This document shows positions 13,937-28,779 of a stretch of 64,000 bases of DNA, in pieces (the stretch's first letter is position 1; the number at the start of each line of letters is the position of its first letter). The notes under the pieces are model-generated. The model was not told where the DNA came from, did no database searches, and saw only the letters and a program-made list of their open reading frames with translations. This DNA is from Eledone cirrhosa (lineage: Eukaryota), in the NCBI GenBank assembly GCA_964016885.1, contig OZ024747.1:25544001-25608000 (forward strand), written 5' to 3'. The position numbers were made by a program, and so were the translations under genes.

Positions 13937-14576
13937 TGTAGTTCTCAAGGAAATTCAGCATGATATGATACATGGCTAGCCCTTTGAATTAAATACAACT
14001 GAATATTGCCAGCTGAGTGGATTACAGTAATGTGAAATATGTGTCTTGCTGAAGGACATAATGTACTGCTAGCAATCGGATTCATAAACTTACGTACATC
14101 TTATATTACAGTGTAAATGGCTGAGCTTTCCATAGACATTTGTACCCTTTACATAAATTCTCAGGGAGATTCAGTGTGATACAGTGAGTTACGTGGCAGG
14201 ACCTTTGAATTACATGTACAGTACATCTTATATTACAATGTAAGCAACTGAGAATTCCATACACATGTAGTTTTAATGCAAATGCTCAGGGAGATTCAGT
14301 GCCATACAATGTGTCACAAGGCTGGTCATTTGAATTACAGATACAACTGAATTCTGCAAGTTGGGTGGACTGGAGCAATGTTAAATAATGTCTTGCTGAA
14401 GAACACAACGCACTGTTGGGAATCAGACTCACAATCTTTCAATCACAAGCCAAACATCCTAACTACTAAACCATGTGCCTTCACATAAGTATACATCTGT
14501 GGTACTTATGGTACCTTACAATTTCACAATCAGGAGACACTATGATTATACTATTATCAAGTGTGGACTGAAAGGT

Positions 14577-14804
14577 TTAACCCTTTAGCATTCACATTAC
14601 TCTATATATACTACTATATTTTCATGGTAAAGGCTTTACCTCGCATAATTATCGCACATAATATCATCGCATAATTATCTCACATAATATCATCGAATCT
14701 ATGAGATTTTGAAAGTATTTATTTAGAGTTTGAACGACCAGATACAGCCAGTTTCAACAGAAGGAGGTAGAGAATTCTGGCCGGTTTGAACATTAAAGAG
14801 TTAA
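14577..14804 (-). mobile_element. piggyBac-like MITE (family 1)
   Basis: TTAA|CCCTTTAGCATTCACATT ... CATTAAAGAG|TTAA. Confidence 0.85.
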
Positions 14805-16911
14805 GAAGGAAAGGAGCTGATGATCAGATCAGGTAAAGAAAATAATGTTTCTATTGGTCTCCTCATTGCTGATATTATCTACTGGTCACAGCTCCTGGCA
14901 GAAGGAGTGGCAGTTTTGAATACCACAATGCTTTAACAATTCTGCTAATCCATTATCCTTGGACTAGTACTTCATTTATGAACAGTGGAAGAATAAAGGC
15001 AAAGTTGACCTCAGTGGGATTTGAACTAGGAGCATAGAAAGCTTGGAAAAATCCACGTTAAATGGTGATGATGATGAGATATATATATATATATATACAC
15101 ACACAGATATACATATAATAATAATAAATAGGAACAAAGAATCAGTATTGCATCATATACATATTTAATTACATATGTTCATTTGCACCTCTACTACATA
15201 TATATACATATATGATGGAACTGGGGTTCCTATCATTAAAGCACCCAAGCAACCTCCCATGAGGCCAGCTAATAGTAGGACACATGGCCAAAATGCCTCA
15301 CAGAAACTATGTGGTTACAAAGTGAAATTCTTAACATAGACACATACAACAGAACAAAAGCAAGATACAGTGGAGTGTGGGAGTTAGAAGAGGGGGAGAG
15401 TAAAAAAAGAAGGGGGAGGGAATGAGTTAGAGAAGAGGGGAAAGGTAAATTAGGAAGAAATAAGTTTGAGAAGATGAGGGGGAGAGTAAAAAAGAGGAGG
15501 AAGGAATGAAAGAGTAAAAGAGGAGGAAGGAATGAAAGAGTAAAAGAGAGGAGGAAGGAATGAGTCAGTGAATGAAGTCTTGAGAAATTACTGGAACATT
15601 TCAACATCCAAAGTGGAATGAGTAACAATGGTGTCTCAGTGACACTGGTATATTTAGGGTGCCGATACTACTGATGTTAATGCTGTAGTGGTGGTGGTAG
15701 TAGTAGTAATTTTATAATGAAGTGGTGGTGGTGAAGTTAGTTGTGATAGTCATACAAATTAAAAATTTAAAACTAGGTTATGGGGTCAGGTTCAAACCTC
15801 CCACCACACCACTGTACCTCACCCTCACCATCACCACCATCTCTTCCCCTCACCACCTCTTCATCTACTGCTGCTGTCACCACCATCACCACTTAAATAC
15901 CCCCACCCCACCCCCTCATCACCAGAATGGAAACTATGACACCATGACAAAGCCAATGATATGAGGCAGGCTATATTATGAAAGAGGATGGAAGAAAAGA
16001 AAAGCAAGAAAGAGAAGAAAGAAAGATATGGTATCACAGTGACAAAAACAAAAGAGAAGAATGTGGTGGAGGTTTATATATATAAGTGATTAGGTTTCAT
16101 TTCCTACAGTGACAACCTAAAACATTTCTGACATGACCAGGTAACATTCCATTATATAGATGTAGAAAGGACTTATGTTGCAAAGAAAACATGATATTGG
16201 TCATTCTTTTGAAATGATTAACTAAATGCCTTCTTTGCAGCATAGGTTCTAACCCCAGAAGTGAGCACCCCTATCATTAATACATCAAAAGTTTTAAAAA
16301 AAACAGGTGACATTCGAAGATTTAGAGGTAGAACAATTGTACAAAGATTGAGGTTGGTTGTTCTTTTGAAATGATTAACCATGTCTTCTTTGAAGCATAT
16401 GTCCTATTTCTAGGACTGAAGCCCCTCTAACATTAAAATACCCAAGAAATGTCCCACGAGATACAACCTCATTAGGAAGCCAGCTAATTCTGCATAGGTG
16501 TGAGCTGTAAATTTCATATTTTCATACTTTGGGGATCTTTGATATCAAACTTTTCATCATAATTTTAGTAGGTTTTATTTATTATTTTCAAAATCAACTG
16601 AAAATTATAGATGGTGTGTTTTATTAGAAATATGGGAACAAAAAGGTTAAAGTGTTTATATTTATCTAAAATTTCTACCATAATTTTATGTAAGAAACTT
16701 TATATTCTAAACACAAACTTAATGAGGAAGTTAGTTGAATTACTAAATCTCTCCAAATTCTTGATTAATTTCAAGACGGTTTGAAAATCTTAGGCAGTGT
16801 CTTGCATTAGAAACAATGAAAACATTAATCCTTGGTAATTATATTTTAACCATTTCTAATACCAGTTAAAGAAATCAAAGCTAGTCTAGTCTAAAGTCTG
16901 TCTTAAACCAG

Positions 16912-17172
16912 AAGGCTTGTTAGGCCAGTGCTTATGACGGTTTCATGGTGTGAAGTGACAGAGTACAAGACTCCCCCCCTGGACAGGACACCAGTCCATC
17001 GCAGAGTTAAACCCCCAGTTATTGCTGGTACTCATTTTCAGCTGAGTATACTGGAGCAATGTGAAATGAAGTGTTTTATTCGAGAACACAACACTCAACC
17101 CAGCTCAGGAATTGAACTCACAACATTATGATTGTAAGTCCAACACCCTTACCACTAGGCCATGTGCCTCCA
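16912..17172 (-). mobile_element. tRNA-derived SINE (family C), near full length
   Basis: Reverse strand reads GGAGGCACATGGCCTAGTGGTAAGGGTGTTGGAC...GAGTTCAATTCCTG (A and B boxes) followed by the family-C body. Confidence 0.8.
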
Positions 17173-17507
17173 CTTCAAAACCAATACACACAATTCATAT
17201 TCAAAGAGATCAATAAAATAAGACCCAGACTAAAAAAAATAAGTTACTGGGTTTGATATATTCAACTAAATTAAGTCAGTGCTCCAGCATGGGCTGCAGT
17301 CTAATGACTGAAATCAGTAAAAGAATAAGAGAACAGAAGAATACTATCATATAACAGTTACATGGCTAACTGCTGCCACTTGTATTACAACTGTTCTAAC
17401 TAGAAGCCATGTTATCAGCTAGTTAAACTCTCAAAAATTACAGTTGACACAAATACTTGTCTACTACAACATATAATTTATAAATGTAATTTCTGTTGAG
17501 AGAGGGG

Positions 17508-17538
<31 letters not shown>

Positions 17539-20417
17539 ATAAATGCTACGAGGCTGATTTGGATATTTCAAAGAAAATTGTATAAATAAAGAATTTGAGT
17601 GAGATGAGAATTAGTTTCCAACAACATGATGACTAATAAAGAAATAGAAATAAAAAGAATCGCTTTAAAAGACTTCTCAATGAAAAGAACAATTAAGTGC
17701 AAATGGTTAATTACAATTTTAGAGTGAAATTATTAGATTCAAAAGAATCGCCTCAGTAATCCTGTCATTTAACCCTTTTATTTTTACAATATTTCTAATG
17801 AAAGATACTGCCTATGGTTTTCAAATAATATAACAAACTTTTTCATTATTAAGCTGGTCTTTGGAACTTAAAGATTCCATATAAAATCATGATGGAAGGT
17901 TTTTAAATAAATACAAACAAGTTAAAATAAACAGTTTTGTATCAAAAAGCAGGTGGTTTGGTATCAAATGGATAAAAAAAAAAAGAAAGGAAGGGAACTG
18001 TATTGCCCATGACCATTTTTAGGGCCTCTGAAACTGGTGGGAGGAAGGAAGTTATCCTCAAACAGGAGCTCTTACTCAAACAATTGTAGTACTCTGCTAA
18101 AAGGGTCCAAAGATCAGATGATGGTGTTAACCCTTTTAATATTAAACTAGCCGAAACTGCCTTCTGGTTCTACAAGACAGAACTGGAGGTTAACTATGCA
18201 ATGGACTGACATCCTATCCAGTGGGGAGTCTTGTATTCCCAGTCATTTGACACCAAGGAAACCAGGACAACTTCCTGGGCTTGGGATAAACTTTAATTTT
18301 GTGACAGGTTCTGCTCAGAATTGTAATATTTCTTGGAGGATACCAACCAGCTCAAAACTGTTCCTGCTTCTATGGAACAAAACCATCCATTTTAAAGAGT
18401 TCCTATTTAAATTAAAATCTAATATTTTTAGTAAATCTTTCCAAATTCTTCATTAATTCAAATATAGTGTATTTTGTGAGAAATATGGTAACAAAAGGGT
18501 TAAAACAAGCAAGTATTAAAAAAAAACTATTTATAACTAAGGATGTTCTTTTTATTAACATAATTAAAAAACAAAAAAGAATTGGACCTCATATTACTTT
18601 CCATAATTGCATCATAGAAATGCCTTCCCAAAATTCCAAACCAAAAAACATCAGCACGGAGGGTGTTCCAAATGAAGGCATGCAATATTGAGTTAATTTC
18701 GAAATGTCAAACCAAGGAATGTTTTTAGTGTCATTTAATGGCAGCCTCTCTTTACCATATTTTCACTTCATAATCTTTATTTTTTGGTAGGTTTGATTTA
18801 TTTTGAGAGTGTGTGAGTGTGCATATCTGTTTCTATTTAGAACATATGTGCATTTGTATGTGTATGCATATATATGTGTAGTGTATATATGTACATATCT
18901 GCTTCTGTTCAGACAGAACATACATTTTGCATGTGTATGCATAAATAAGATGGGTAGTATGTATGTGCGTGTGTGTATATATATACAACTCTGCTTCTAT
19001 AGATGATACGGTGGTGTGCATGCATATTCACGTACAGGGTGTGTGTATGAATATCTACTATTGTTTCTATTCAACATGTTAATGTGCATACATGCCAATG
19101 TACATGTTTACGTGTATGCACATGTACAACTATGCTTCTATTTATGACGGTGTGCAAGTGTATGTATGTGTATGTAAGTATATATGTATGAGGAGAGGAT
19201 GTTATGAATATGTGTTTCATGTGGAAAAGAGTCACTGTTAATGTATAGCCTAATCTCTGGTGACGGTTGACTCACCGTTTGACTTCTTTTCATCAGAGCA
19301 CCATTGAGTTAAGTATCACTGATATTAATTGAGGTGAAAGGTCAAACTGGTCAGACACAGGACTGGACACATTACTGCTTTTGTGTCAGCAAAGGTGAAG
19401 CTTCCAATACACACACACACTGCACAACACATGTTCTAGTGACTCATAGAATTTACTTTGCCTACATGACTAATATTCAAGACCCATAGTAAAATTAGAT
19501 CAATTCACATATACTCTTCTTATTATTATTAGTATAGTCAGCCCTTGTGTCTAATAAAGAAATCATTATTATTAGTAGAAGTATTAGGGAAGTGGATTGC
19601 CATAATCAGAGCATTGGACAAAATACCTTATAGTATTTAGTTACAGCTCTTTACTTTCTGAGTTCATATCCCAATGAGGTCAGCTTTGATTTTCATCCAT
19701 TGTGGATCAATAAAATACTGAGGATGATTTAGTTGACTTTTCCTTCCCCTTAAGATTACTGACCTTGTGCTTAAATGAGAAACTATTATATAGATATAAA
19801 TTTCAGGTTTATATTAAAAGGAAAATATGAAATTTTGACATATGTGAAACAATTTCAGTAGCCCAACAGGTGGTAAGGTATTGTTCAGCAGGCAATTCAG
19901 GCAGTACATGTTCAGCAATGAGGAGCAGATGGAAGAAATAACAAGTTCCAGCTGAAGACATAGTACTTTGTAGACATAGTGGCATAGATAGATGTGTCAT
20001 TAGTACAGTACAATACACTACAACACAGTGGTTTGTAGACACCATGTTATGCATGCAACACTGGTATACTACAGTAAGTACAGTGGTCTGTAGTCACCAT
20101 GTCATAAATATAATATTGGTACAGTACTATGGTTTGTAGACACAGAGGCATAGATGTATTATTAGTACAGTGAAAATACAATAATAAATATAAAGTAATG
20201 TAAATGCTAAAGGGTTAGCTGTGATATTCAATTACTGGACTGCTGACAATAAGGTAACAAGTTAGAAATTCATTACAACCTTTATATTGTGTTTAGCTGA
20301 AAACGTTTTTTCAGCATCTTGACCTTTTTGATACCAATCCACCAGAAACTGCCTCTGGTTCTATGATACAAAATTGTTTGTTTTAAAGTGTTTATATTTA
20401 TCTAAAAACCTTCCATT

Positions 20418-20603
20418 GGTGAATTGACAGTATCGGTAGAGGGTTGGACGCCATGCTTTCTAGCATAGTTACTTCCCTTTACGGTCTGAAATCAAATCCC
20501 GTTGAGGTTAACTTTGCCTTTCATCCTTATAGGGTCGATAAAATAAAGTACCAGTAATGTACTGGTTTATTGCTGGCCTTGTGCCAAAAGTAGAAACAAT
20601 TAT
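20418..20603 (+). mobile_element. tRNA-derived SINE (family A) nested in a family-2 MITE
   Basis: GGTGAATTGACAGTATCGGTAGAG...GCCTTTCATCCTTATAGGGTCGATAAAATAAAGTACCAG...GTAGAAACAATTAT; flanked on both sides by family-2 MITE sequence. Confidence 0.85.
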
Positions 20604-21136
20604 AATTTATATAAGATCCTTTAACTTTATATTCGAAACTCCAGTTTAATAATAAAAATGTTTTATCCCTCCAGGCAGTGCTTTTCATTAGAAAGTATGG
20701 TAATGAAAGGGTTAACCCTTTTGATACCAAACCTCCGTAAACTGGCCTGAATTTATGCTACTCATTTTAAAATGTTTATTCTTAAATCAATAATCCTTTC
20801 ATCATAATTATATTTAAGAAATTTTTGTTAAGTAATTTTCTAAATATTAGCTTATTAATGAAAGAATTAGTTATTTTATTAAATTCTTCCAACTATTTGA
20901 TTAATTTCAAAATTAATTGTAACATAAAGGCAGTGTATTTCATTAGAAATACAATAACGAAAAGGTCAACACTGCATCTCCCATCCAAGTCTCAACTATG
21001 ATTAACAGTGTTTAATATTACTACACACTAAACAATATCATACATACTATTGCAGTTATCAGCTGTCTAATACAGGACAGTGTTCAATCATAGTTGAGAG
21101 GGGTAGAGTTTAATTTCTCTGCAAGCATGTTAATAA

Positions 21137-21359
21137 TTAACCCTTTAGTATTTAAACCAGCCAGAATTCTCTCACCACTTTCTGTCCAAACAGGCTGTAA
21201 TCAGCCACTCATACTGACATTAAGGTATTGTTCTCAAAATAAATAATATCAAAATCTCATAGATTCAATATTATGCGAGATAATTATGTGAGATAAAGAA
21301 AGCCTTTACTGTGAAAATAAAATAGTAAATATAGAGTAATGTAAATGCTAAAGGGTTAA
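21137..21359 (+). mobile_element. piggyBac-like MITE (family 1)
   Basis: TTAA|CCCTTTAGTATTTA ... TAAATGCTAAAGGG|TTAA, near-perfect TIR. Confidence 0.9.
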
Positions 21360-21649
21360 ACATTTTTGATACCAAACCAGGTTCTACGATACAAAACTGC
21401 TTATTTTCAAGTGTTAATATATGGATTACATCAACCCTAGTATAATAACTTACTTTATTTTATTGACCCCCAGAAGGATGAAAGGCAAGGTTGACTTTGG
21501 TGGGATTTGAACTCTTTATGTACGAGTAATAATAACCAGCCATCTTTTTTTACAACAGTCTCTTGTGTGTTATTGAACCCATCCTGAACAGTGAACCCAG
21601 AACACTACTTGTAAATAATAAACATGATCTGTCATACTGCCACACTCCT

Positions 21650-21835
21650 TTAACCCTTTAACATTTACATTACCCTATATATACTATTGCATTTTCACAG
21701 TAAAGGCTTTATCTCACATAATATCAAATCTATGAGATTTCGATATTATTTATTTTGAGAACAATACCTTAACCAGTTTGAACAGAAAGAGGTGAGAGAA
21801 TTCTGGCTGGATACAGCTGGTTTAAATGTTATTAA
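21650..21835 (-). mobile_element. piggyBac-like MITE (family 1)
   Basis: TTAA|CCCTTTAACATTTACATT...; family-1 body; right end eroded. Confidence 0.8.
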
Positions 21836-22382
21836 CTTCTTCTTCTTCTGTATATATTTTAACTAAATCAAGCCACATTACATTACATAGACTATCAACT
21901 AGCTATGGGCACTTAACTCCAGGTGGAGTGTAATAGGATTGCTTGCCATCGTGAGATATTGCAAGTCTTGAGCATTCAAACTTGGTGGCGCCCATCCCTC
22001 TCTAGGTTGAAACAGACAATTTCTGAGAGAGAGAAGACTTGGCCTTAGTACTGGACTGGACTGGTATTTTATCAACCTCAAAAAAAAATCAAAGGCAAAG
22101 TTAATGTCCGTGGGATTTGAACTCAAAATGCAGAGAACCAAAATGAATGCCACAAAGCATTCTATCTGATATTCTAAAGACTTTTCATTGCCTTTACATA
22201 TACTATAATACTGTATACAATAATAGATCCCTATCTCATTTTAAATGTCACTAATACCATAACTACTCATCCATTTCTCCAAATCAATTCAACATCCCAG
22301 CATCTGTAGGACTTACATTCTATACTCCCAGAGCTGATCTCTATTTACTTTCTCCCCTCAGCCCTGCCTCTGAAACTTAGAC

Positions 22383-22430
<48 letters not shown>

Positions 22431-22612
22431 GAGATCAATACTCCTTCCTCTCTACATTTATATCCATTTAACATTTTCTATGGCCTGATTTAATTAACTT
22501 TTAACGAAGTCCACCATGACCTGACTTCATCTGACCTTTCTTACATAATATATAGCTATTGACATTGCATACACATACTTACATACATATATATATAATT
22601 GGTATGTATGTA

Positions 22613-22643
<31 letters not shown>

Positions 22644-22698
22644 CCATGTGTATGTATATAATGAGAGAATGGGGGAGGTGAAAAAGAGGAATAAAAAG

Positions 22699-22739
<41 letters not shown>

Positions 22740-23992
22740 ATAGAAGACATAAAAAAGGGAGAAGAAAGAATAAAGAGAAGAGAAAAGAGACAATGAAACG
22801 AGAGAGAGAGAAAGAGAGGCTAGTCTTAGCTCTGCAGAGTAACAATAGCTACATTGGAGGAGAAAAAGATATAAAGAAAGAAGCTACCTATTTTTGGCAG
22901 ACTACAGCAATATCAACAAGGCAGATTAAATATATTCAATTTTGCACACATTACAGTTTCAATGATGAAATTTAATGCAGATATTTTAATTAAATAAGCA
23001 GATTAGATCCTCACCATCACTTGTATTTTAATTTTAAAAAATATGTAGCAATAATTGTTACTCATTAACCCTCTCATTACCATATTTCTGAACGAAAGAC
23101 TGCCTATAATTTTAAACTCATTTTTAAAATAATTGAGAATGGATTTATTTAGCTCGTGTTTTGAACATAACTTAAAGGTTTTTACAAATTATGGAAGGGT
23201 TTTAGATAAATAAAAAATACTTTAACCCTTTCATTACCATATTTCTAATGAAAAACACTACCTATAATTTCCATTTCATTTCGAAATTAATCAAGAATTC
23301 AAAGGGATTTAGTAGTATAACTAATTTTCTACTCATGAAGCCAATGTTTTGAGCATAACTTAAAGGTTCTTACATAAAATTATAATGGAAGGTTTTTAAA
23401 TAAATAAAAACACTTCAAGCCTTTCTTTCATGACCATATTTCTATAATATTCAGTTCATTTTGAAAATAATCAAGAATTTGAAGTTATTTAGTAATATAG
23501 CTAACTTTCTCATTATTAGGCTTATATTTGTTACATAACAAAGGCTCTTATATAAATACTATAAAATAAACAGCTTTGTATCACAGTACAAGATGCTGTT
23601 TCAAGCAACTTGGTATCAAAAGTGCTGAGCTTGAGTTGTTATACTGATGCTCTCTCTAAAGTTATGATTAATCTAAATGAGCCCTTAATGTATCACTAAT
23701 TCTGTTAAGACCTGTCATCATCATCATCGTTTTACGTCTGTTCTTCCATGCTAGCATGGGTTAGACGGACCTGTGTTGTTAGAAAATCCTTTTTTTGTAT
23801 TCATATACTGCCTTCAGTCATTAGACTGCGAACATGTTGGGGCACCACAGTACCCATTCCTTTCAGGAGACTGGAAAGCAGAGTGGTGTTGGTCAAGTTT
23901 GAACTCCAAACATAAAGGAATATAATTAAACATCACACATTTGTATCTGGTGCTTTACTGATTAATTTATTGTTTGAAGAATCTGAATAAAG

Positions 23993-24158
23993 AAATAATT
24001 GTTTCTACTTTTGGCACAAGGCCAGCAATTACCCAGTGCATTACTGGTACTTAATTTTATCGACCCCGTAAGGATGAAAGGCAAAGTTAACCTCGGCGGG
24101 ATTTGAACTCAGAATGGCAAGGGCCGTAACTCTATGCATCAAAGCATGGCGTCCGAAT
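23993..24158 (-). mobile_element. SINE family A, 5'-truncated
   Basis: Near-identical to copies at 35306 and 54542 (TTGTTTCTACTTTTGGCACAAGGCCAGCAATTACCCAGTGC...). Confidence 0.85.
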
Positions 24159-25606
24159 GGTGTGTAATTTAGGCTCTGGGCCAGACATTCTTTTTTTTAG
24201 TGTTTTATGCTTTAATGAAATGAAATTTACAGCTCAGACATAGCAGATTTAGCCGACCTCATGGGAGTTTTCTTGGGTGTTTTAATGATACTGCCCCCGG
24301 TCCTAACATGAAGAGCAACATGAAATGAGATGTCTCACTCAAGAACATAACACTCTGCCCAGCCCAGGAATCGAATCTACAACTTTACAATTATAAGTCC
24401 AATACTCTAACCATTAGACCATGCAGGATAAAGAAAAAATGGTAGATGATTGGTTTGAACTTAAATTCCATTCTACATCAAGCTAAAAGTAAAGTAGCTG
24501 ATACTCTATAGTTGGAAATGAGAATATCCAGATATTTATAAAAGATCCGTCTATGGGCCCTTAATACCTGATTAAGCTGTAGGGGTGCTGTTGTGATATA
24601 AGGCATGTCTTGGACATCTCTCTCCAGATGTGAACACAGTCGATTACTTTTAGAGAAAGAGAAAGAGAGGCAGTACGAATCAACTTCAGTACTAGATTGG
24701 TACTTTATTGACCTTGAAAGGTTGAAAGGTAAAAGTGGTACTTGAACTTAGAAGACAGAGATACAGAAAGTATATGGCAAAACTGTCTATCCAATGTTCT
24801 AACAACTTTACCAATTCACCACTTTACAGAAGATGATAAAGCTAAAAAGAGCAAGAAAGGAAAGATTTGAGATAAACGCAAATTATAGAATTATCATTGG
24901 ATGCTTCTACTATATCACCTACCATCATCAGTATCACTGTATTGTTATTTAAAGCTTGAAACTTAGTACAAAGCAACAACATCTTCTAGAAATAGACTGG
25001 CAATCTACCAAAACAGAGCATGTAACATAAACTAATATAAAAGACTTATCATCACTAGTACATAACCCATTGTTATACGGACAGAATAACTAATATAAGG
25101 TTTCTCCTTTGCCAAATAGTAAAAAGTGTGTGTGTGTGTGTGTGTGTGTGTGGGGGTGGGTGGGTGGGTGGGTGGGTGTGTGGGTGTGTGGGGGGTGGGG
25201 GGGGGGTGTGGGGGTGTGTGTGTGGGTGTGTGGGGGTGTGTGTGTGTGTGTGTGGGTGTGTGTGGGTGTGTGTGTACGAAATATAGTGTCTTGCCCAAGG
25301 ACACAATGTGGTGCCAGGAATCGAACTCATGACCTTACAACCAAACACCATAACCACTAAGCAACACACCTCACATTTTATACACACACACACCTGAGTG
25401 CGAGTGCGTGTGCGTGCGCGCGCGCGTCGTCTGCGTTTTTGTTAGTCTGCTCCCTCCCACCCAAAATTGCCTCAGAAATGTTACCTTTTAATCAATTTTT
25501 GCTGTCTGAAGAAATCACAATATCTATCGTCATAGAAATATGTATAACGGCTCAATTAATAAAGGACCCTAACATCTTCAACTTCACATTTTCCTCATAT
25601 ATATAT

Positions 25607-25929
25607 ATATAATATGGAAAGTGGTATATGTAAGAAGGCTAAAACAATGCAAAATAGCTGATAAGATAACAAAAAAGTTAGTTACCTGGTAATCTTTGTT
25701 TTTTCACGTCCTAATTTTTTAGAACTTAAAATTCCCTTAATCAGAGTATAGGCAACTCTCTGAGAAAACATTCCAGTCTAATCATTTTGAAATTAGATTT
25801 ATTTTAAGTCCTGAAATATTAGGATGCAAAAAAAAAAGCACCAGGTAACTAACTTTTTCATTGCCTTCATCTTACAGTCCATTTTGAATTGTTTTAGCCT
25901 TCTTACATATATCACTTTCACATTATATA
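25607..25929. mobile_element. Fold-back MITE with ~125-bp imperfect terminal inverted repeats, in TA-rich context
   Basis: Left arm ...GAAAGTGGTATATGTAAGAAGGCTAAAACAAT...AAAAAGTTAGTTACCTGGT... pairs with right arm ...ACCAGGTAACTAACTTTTT...ATTGTTTTAGCCTTCTTACATATATCACTTTC. Confidence 0.8.
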
Positions 25930-26411
25930 TTATATACAATGTTTAAAGCAAACTATTTTATTTTATATATATATAATAGCTGCATTTTGATTTTGAGAAT
26001 TGCTATCCCTAGCCCTTATCCACAAACATAGGTGGCACAAATGTGACTTTTTAGCTTTGTCAAGGACTTACTTGTCTTTTTTCATATGCTGCAGTAAAAA
26101 ACAAAGCCATTCTCATCTATGGCCAACCATACTCATGCAACACATATGAAAGTCATTTAGATCAAGTGATGCCTGTGCAAGCTTTTTCAAGTGAAGAATG
26201 GCCTTGTAAGGGCACATGGAAATGGAAATACTCGGTTTGGTGCCCGAGTGTGCAGTTAACCCACCAGGAGTGAGAGACATCTAGTTCTTGTTAGGATATC
26301 CTTCTAAGAGAAGGAAATCTATTGTAAATCCTGCGAATCAATGGCAGCCAATGATGTTGACCCGTTCTTTGTTTTGGATATCAGTTACTGCTGTTCCTAT
26401 ACATTTATACA

Positions 26412-26560
26412 TACCATATATACTCAAATATAAGCTGCCCATCCCCCACTCACCCTTATGTCTGGGAAATGGGCAAAAATCCAAACCCCATTTATAAATA
26501 GAGGCAGCTAATCAACACATTATGTTTAGATGCTGTGGTTTTGAGTATAAAATATAATCT
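26412..26560 (+). mobile_element. Partial pogo/Tc1-like MITE related to 47186-47384
   Basis: Shares ATACTCAAATATAAGC and AAATGGGCAAAAATCCAAACCCCATTTATAA with the 47.2-kb copy. Confidence 0.7.
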
Positions 26561-26744
26561 ATGAAGCCATAATATTTTGATGTTTAAAATGTTTTAAGTG
26601 TTGTTTAGAGTATAGTTTTTGTTTCACAACTCCATTATGTAATGCTTTTTACCATTTCATCTGTTTTAAAGTTTCAACAAGTTTTTTTAATTTTTTTGTT
26701 ACTTCCGGAACTCACATGTAGTTGAAACTAAAAGAAGTTTGTAT

Positions 26745-27306
26745 AGGGAGGGAGGGACAGCAAGTGAGAGAGGGGGGAAAGCAAGAAGGGAGAGAGGGGG
26801 GGACAGCAAGTGAGAGAGTAAGAAGGGAGAGGGGGGGGCAGCAAGTGAGAGAGCGAGAAGGGAGATGGGGGGGGGGGGGCAGCATGTGAGAGAGGGAGGA
26901 CAGCAAGTGAGAGAGCGAGAAAGGAGAGAGGGGGGGGACAGCAGGTGAGAGATCAAGAAGGGAGAGGGGGGACAGCAAGTGAGAGAGTGAGAAAGGAGAG
27001 GGGGGACAGCAAGTGAGAGAGTGAGAAAGGAGAGGGGGGGACAGCAAGTGAGAGAGCGAGAAAGGAGAGGGGGGGACAGCAAGTGAGAGAGCGAGAAAGG
27101 AGAGGAGGGGGCAGCAAGTGAGAGAGCGAGAAAGGAGAGAGGGGGTGACAGCAAGTGAGAGGGCGAGAAAGGAGAGAGGGGGAGGGGCAGCAAGTGAGAG
27201 AGCAAGAAGAGAGAGGGGGGGGGGACAGCAAGTGAGAGAGCAAGAGAGAGGGGGGGACAGCAAGTGAGAGAGCAAGGGAGAGAGCGAGAAAGGAGAGAGA
27301 GAGAGC
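26745..27306. repeat. Purine-rich ~33-36-bp minisatellite (GGGACAGCAAGTGAGAGAGCGAGAAAGGAGAG)
   Basis: Directly visible repeated core CAGCAAGTGAGAGAG with variable G-run. Confidence 0.92.
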
Positions 27307-27637
27307 AATAAAATTGATTTCAGAATTAAAATTAAAATCTTATGTAAGATTGAAAAAAAAAGTATTAAGTCAGAGAAAAACAGTTGGTGTGTGTGTGTTT
27401 GTATGCACATGTGCATGTGTATAGGATATTTATGCATTAAAAAGTTCAAATTATAAAAATTTGTTGAAAATATTTCAAAGGGACTGCATAAATAACATTA
27501 ATGACAATGTATCAAATGTAAAAAAACTGTGTTTCAGAGTAAATAATCACTCCAGATATTTTAGCACCTTATTAACATAGAATTTGAAGTTGGCGACTAT
27601 CAGCAAAATATTGACCTCGAATATTAACAAGTGTGTG

Positions 27638-27682
<45 letters not shown>

Positions 27683-28779
27683 GTATATATATATATATCA
27701 TCATTTAACTTTCATTATCCTAGCAGATGCTGGGAAGGTCATCACAGACCAAGTAAAACTTAATTAGTGTCAAAAGGATTAAGAAAAGAGACTTAACAAA
27801 GTTTGAAATAAGACAATTATTTTCACTTTCACTATAGACAACTGCTTCTGACTCAATATGAAAGTGTGCACATGTACTGATGTAACCCATATGAATACTG
27901 TTACTGATATGACTCCTGTGCATATTGTTACACATATAACGTGGTTGGTATTAGGAAAGGCATCCAACCATAGAAACCAAACCAAAATACAGATCCGAGC
28001 AAAACATGGTTTCTGGACCTGACATGCCCCATAATGTGACAACCCATCTAACCCATGCAAGTGTGGAAAAATGGATGTTAAAGGATGATGGATGACGATG
28101 ATGTAACCAATGTGAACCCATGTAAATATTGTTATTGATGGCAGAGACCATTGCCTCTCCAGGTCTGAACACAGCCAATTTCTCCCAGAAACTTAGGTTG
28201 TAATACAGCCCAGAAAAACATTTCATTTCAGATCATAGTGATAATTGAAATAAATTTGCTGCATAGAATATTGATATAGAACCCACCTAGAGGCACAACA
28301 AACACATTTTAAAATAATTCTTAACCCTTTTATTACCATATTTATAATGAAACACTCACTGCCTGGGATTTTTTATTCATTTTGGAAATATTTGAAGTGA
28401 CATTTCCATTATTAAGATGGTATTTAGAACATAGTACAACAAAGGTTCTCACCTAAAATTTTGATGGAAAGTTTTTAGATAAATATAATCACTTTAATCC
28501 TTTCATTATCATATTTCTAATGAAAAACACAGCTTTTGATTTTCAAATAATTTTGAAAATCACTCAACAATTAGGAGGGATTTAGTAATATGAATAACTT
28601 TCTCATTATTAAGTTAGTGTTTGAAGAATAACTTAAATGTTCTTATAACGGAAACGATTTAGATAAATATAAATACTTCAAAATAAACAGCATTGTATCA
28701 AAAAAGATTAAAGCGAGTTCTCACAAAATATACTTTGTTCTGAAAGCTATTCTATAGGATTGGTCTGATAGTACTAATT

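Noticed and set aside
19270-19400. Minus-strand donor-like ACG|GTGAGT with unique upstream sequence
   Set aside because: All three frames hit stops shortly upstream and no clear acceptor was found; cannot support an exon.
25395-25432. Alternating purine-pyrimidine (GC)n run, possible Z-DNA element
   Set aside because: Short and adjacent to (CA)n/(GT)n microsatellites; no evidence of function.
26699-27449. Leu/Ser/Pro-rich ORFs
   Set aside because: Antisense reading of a purine-rich minisatellite.
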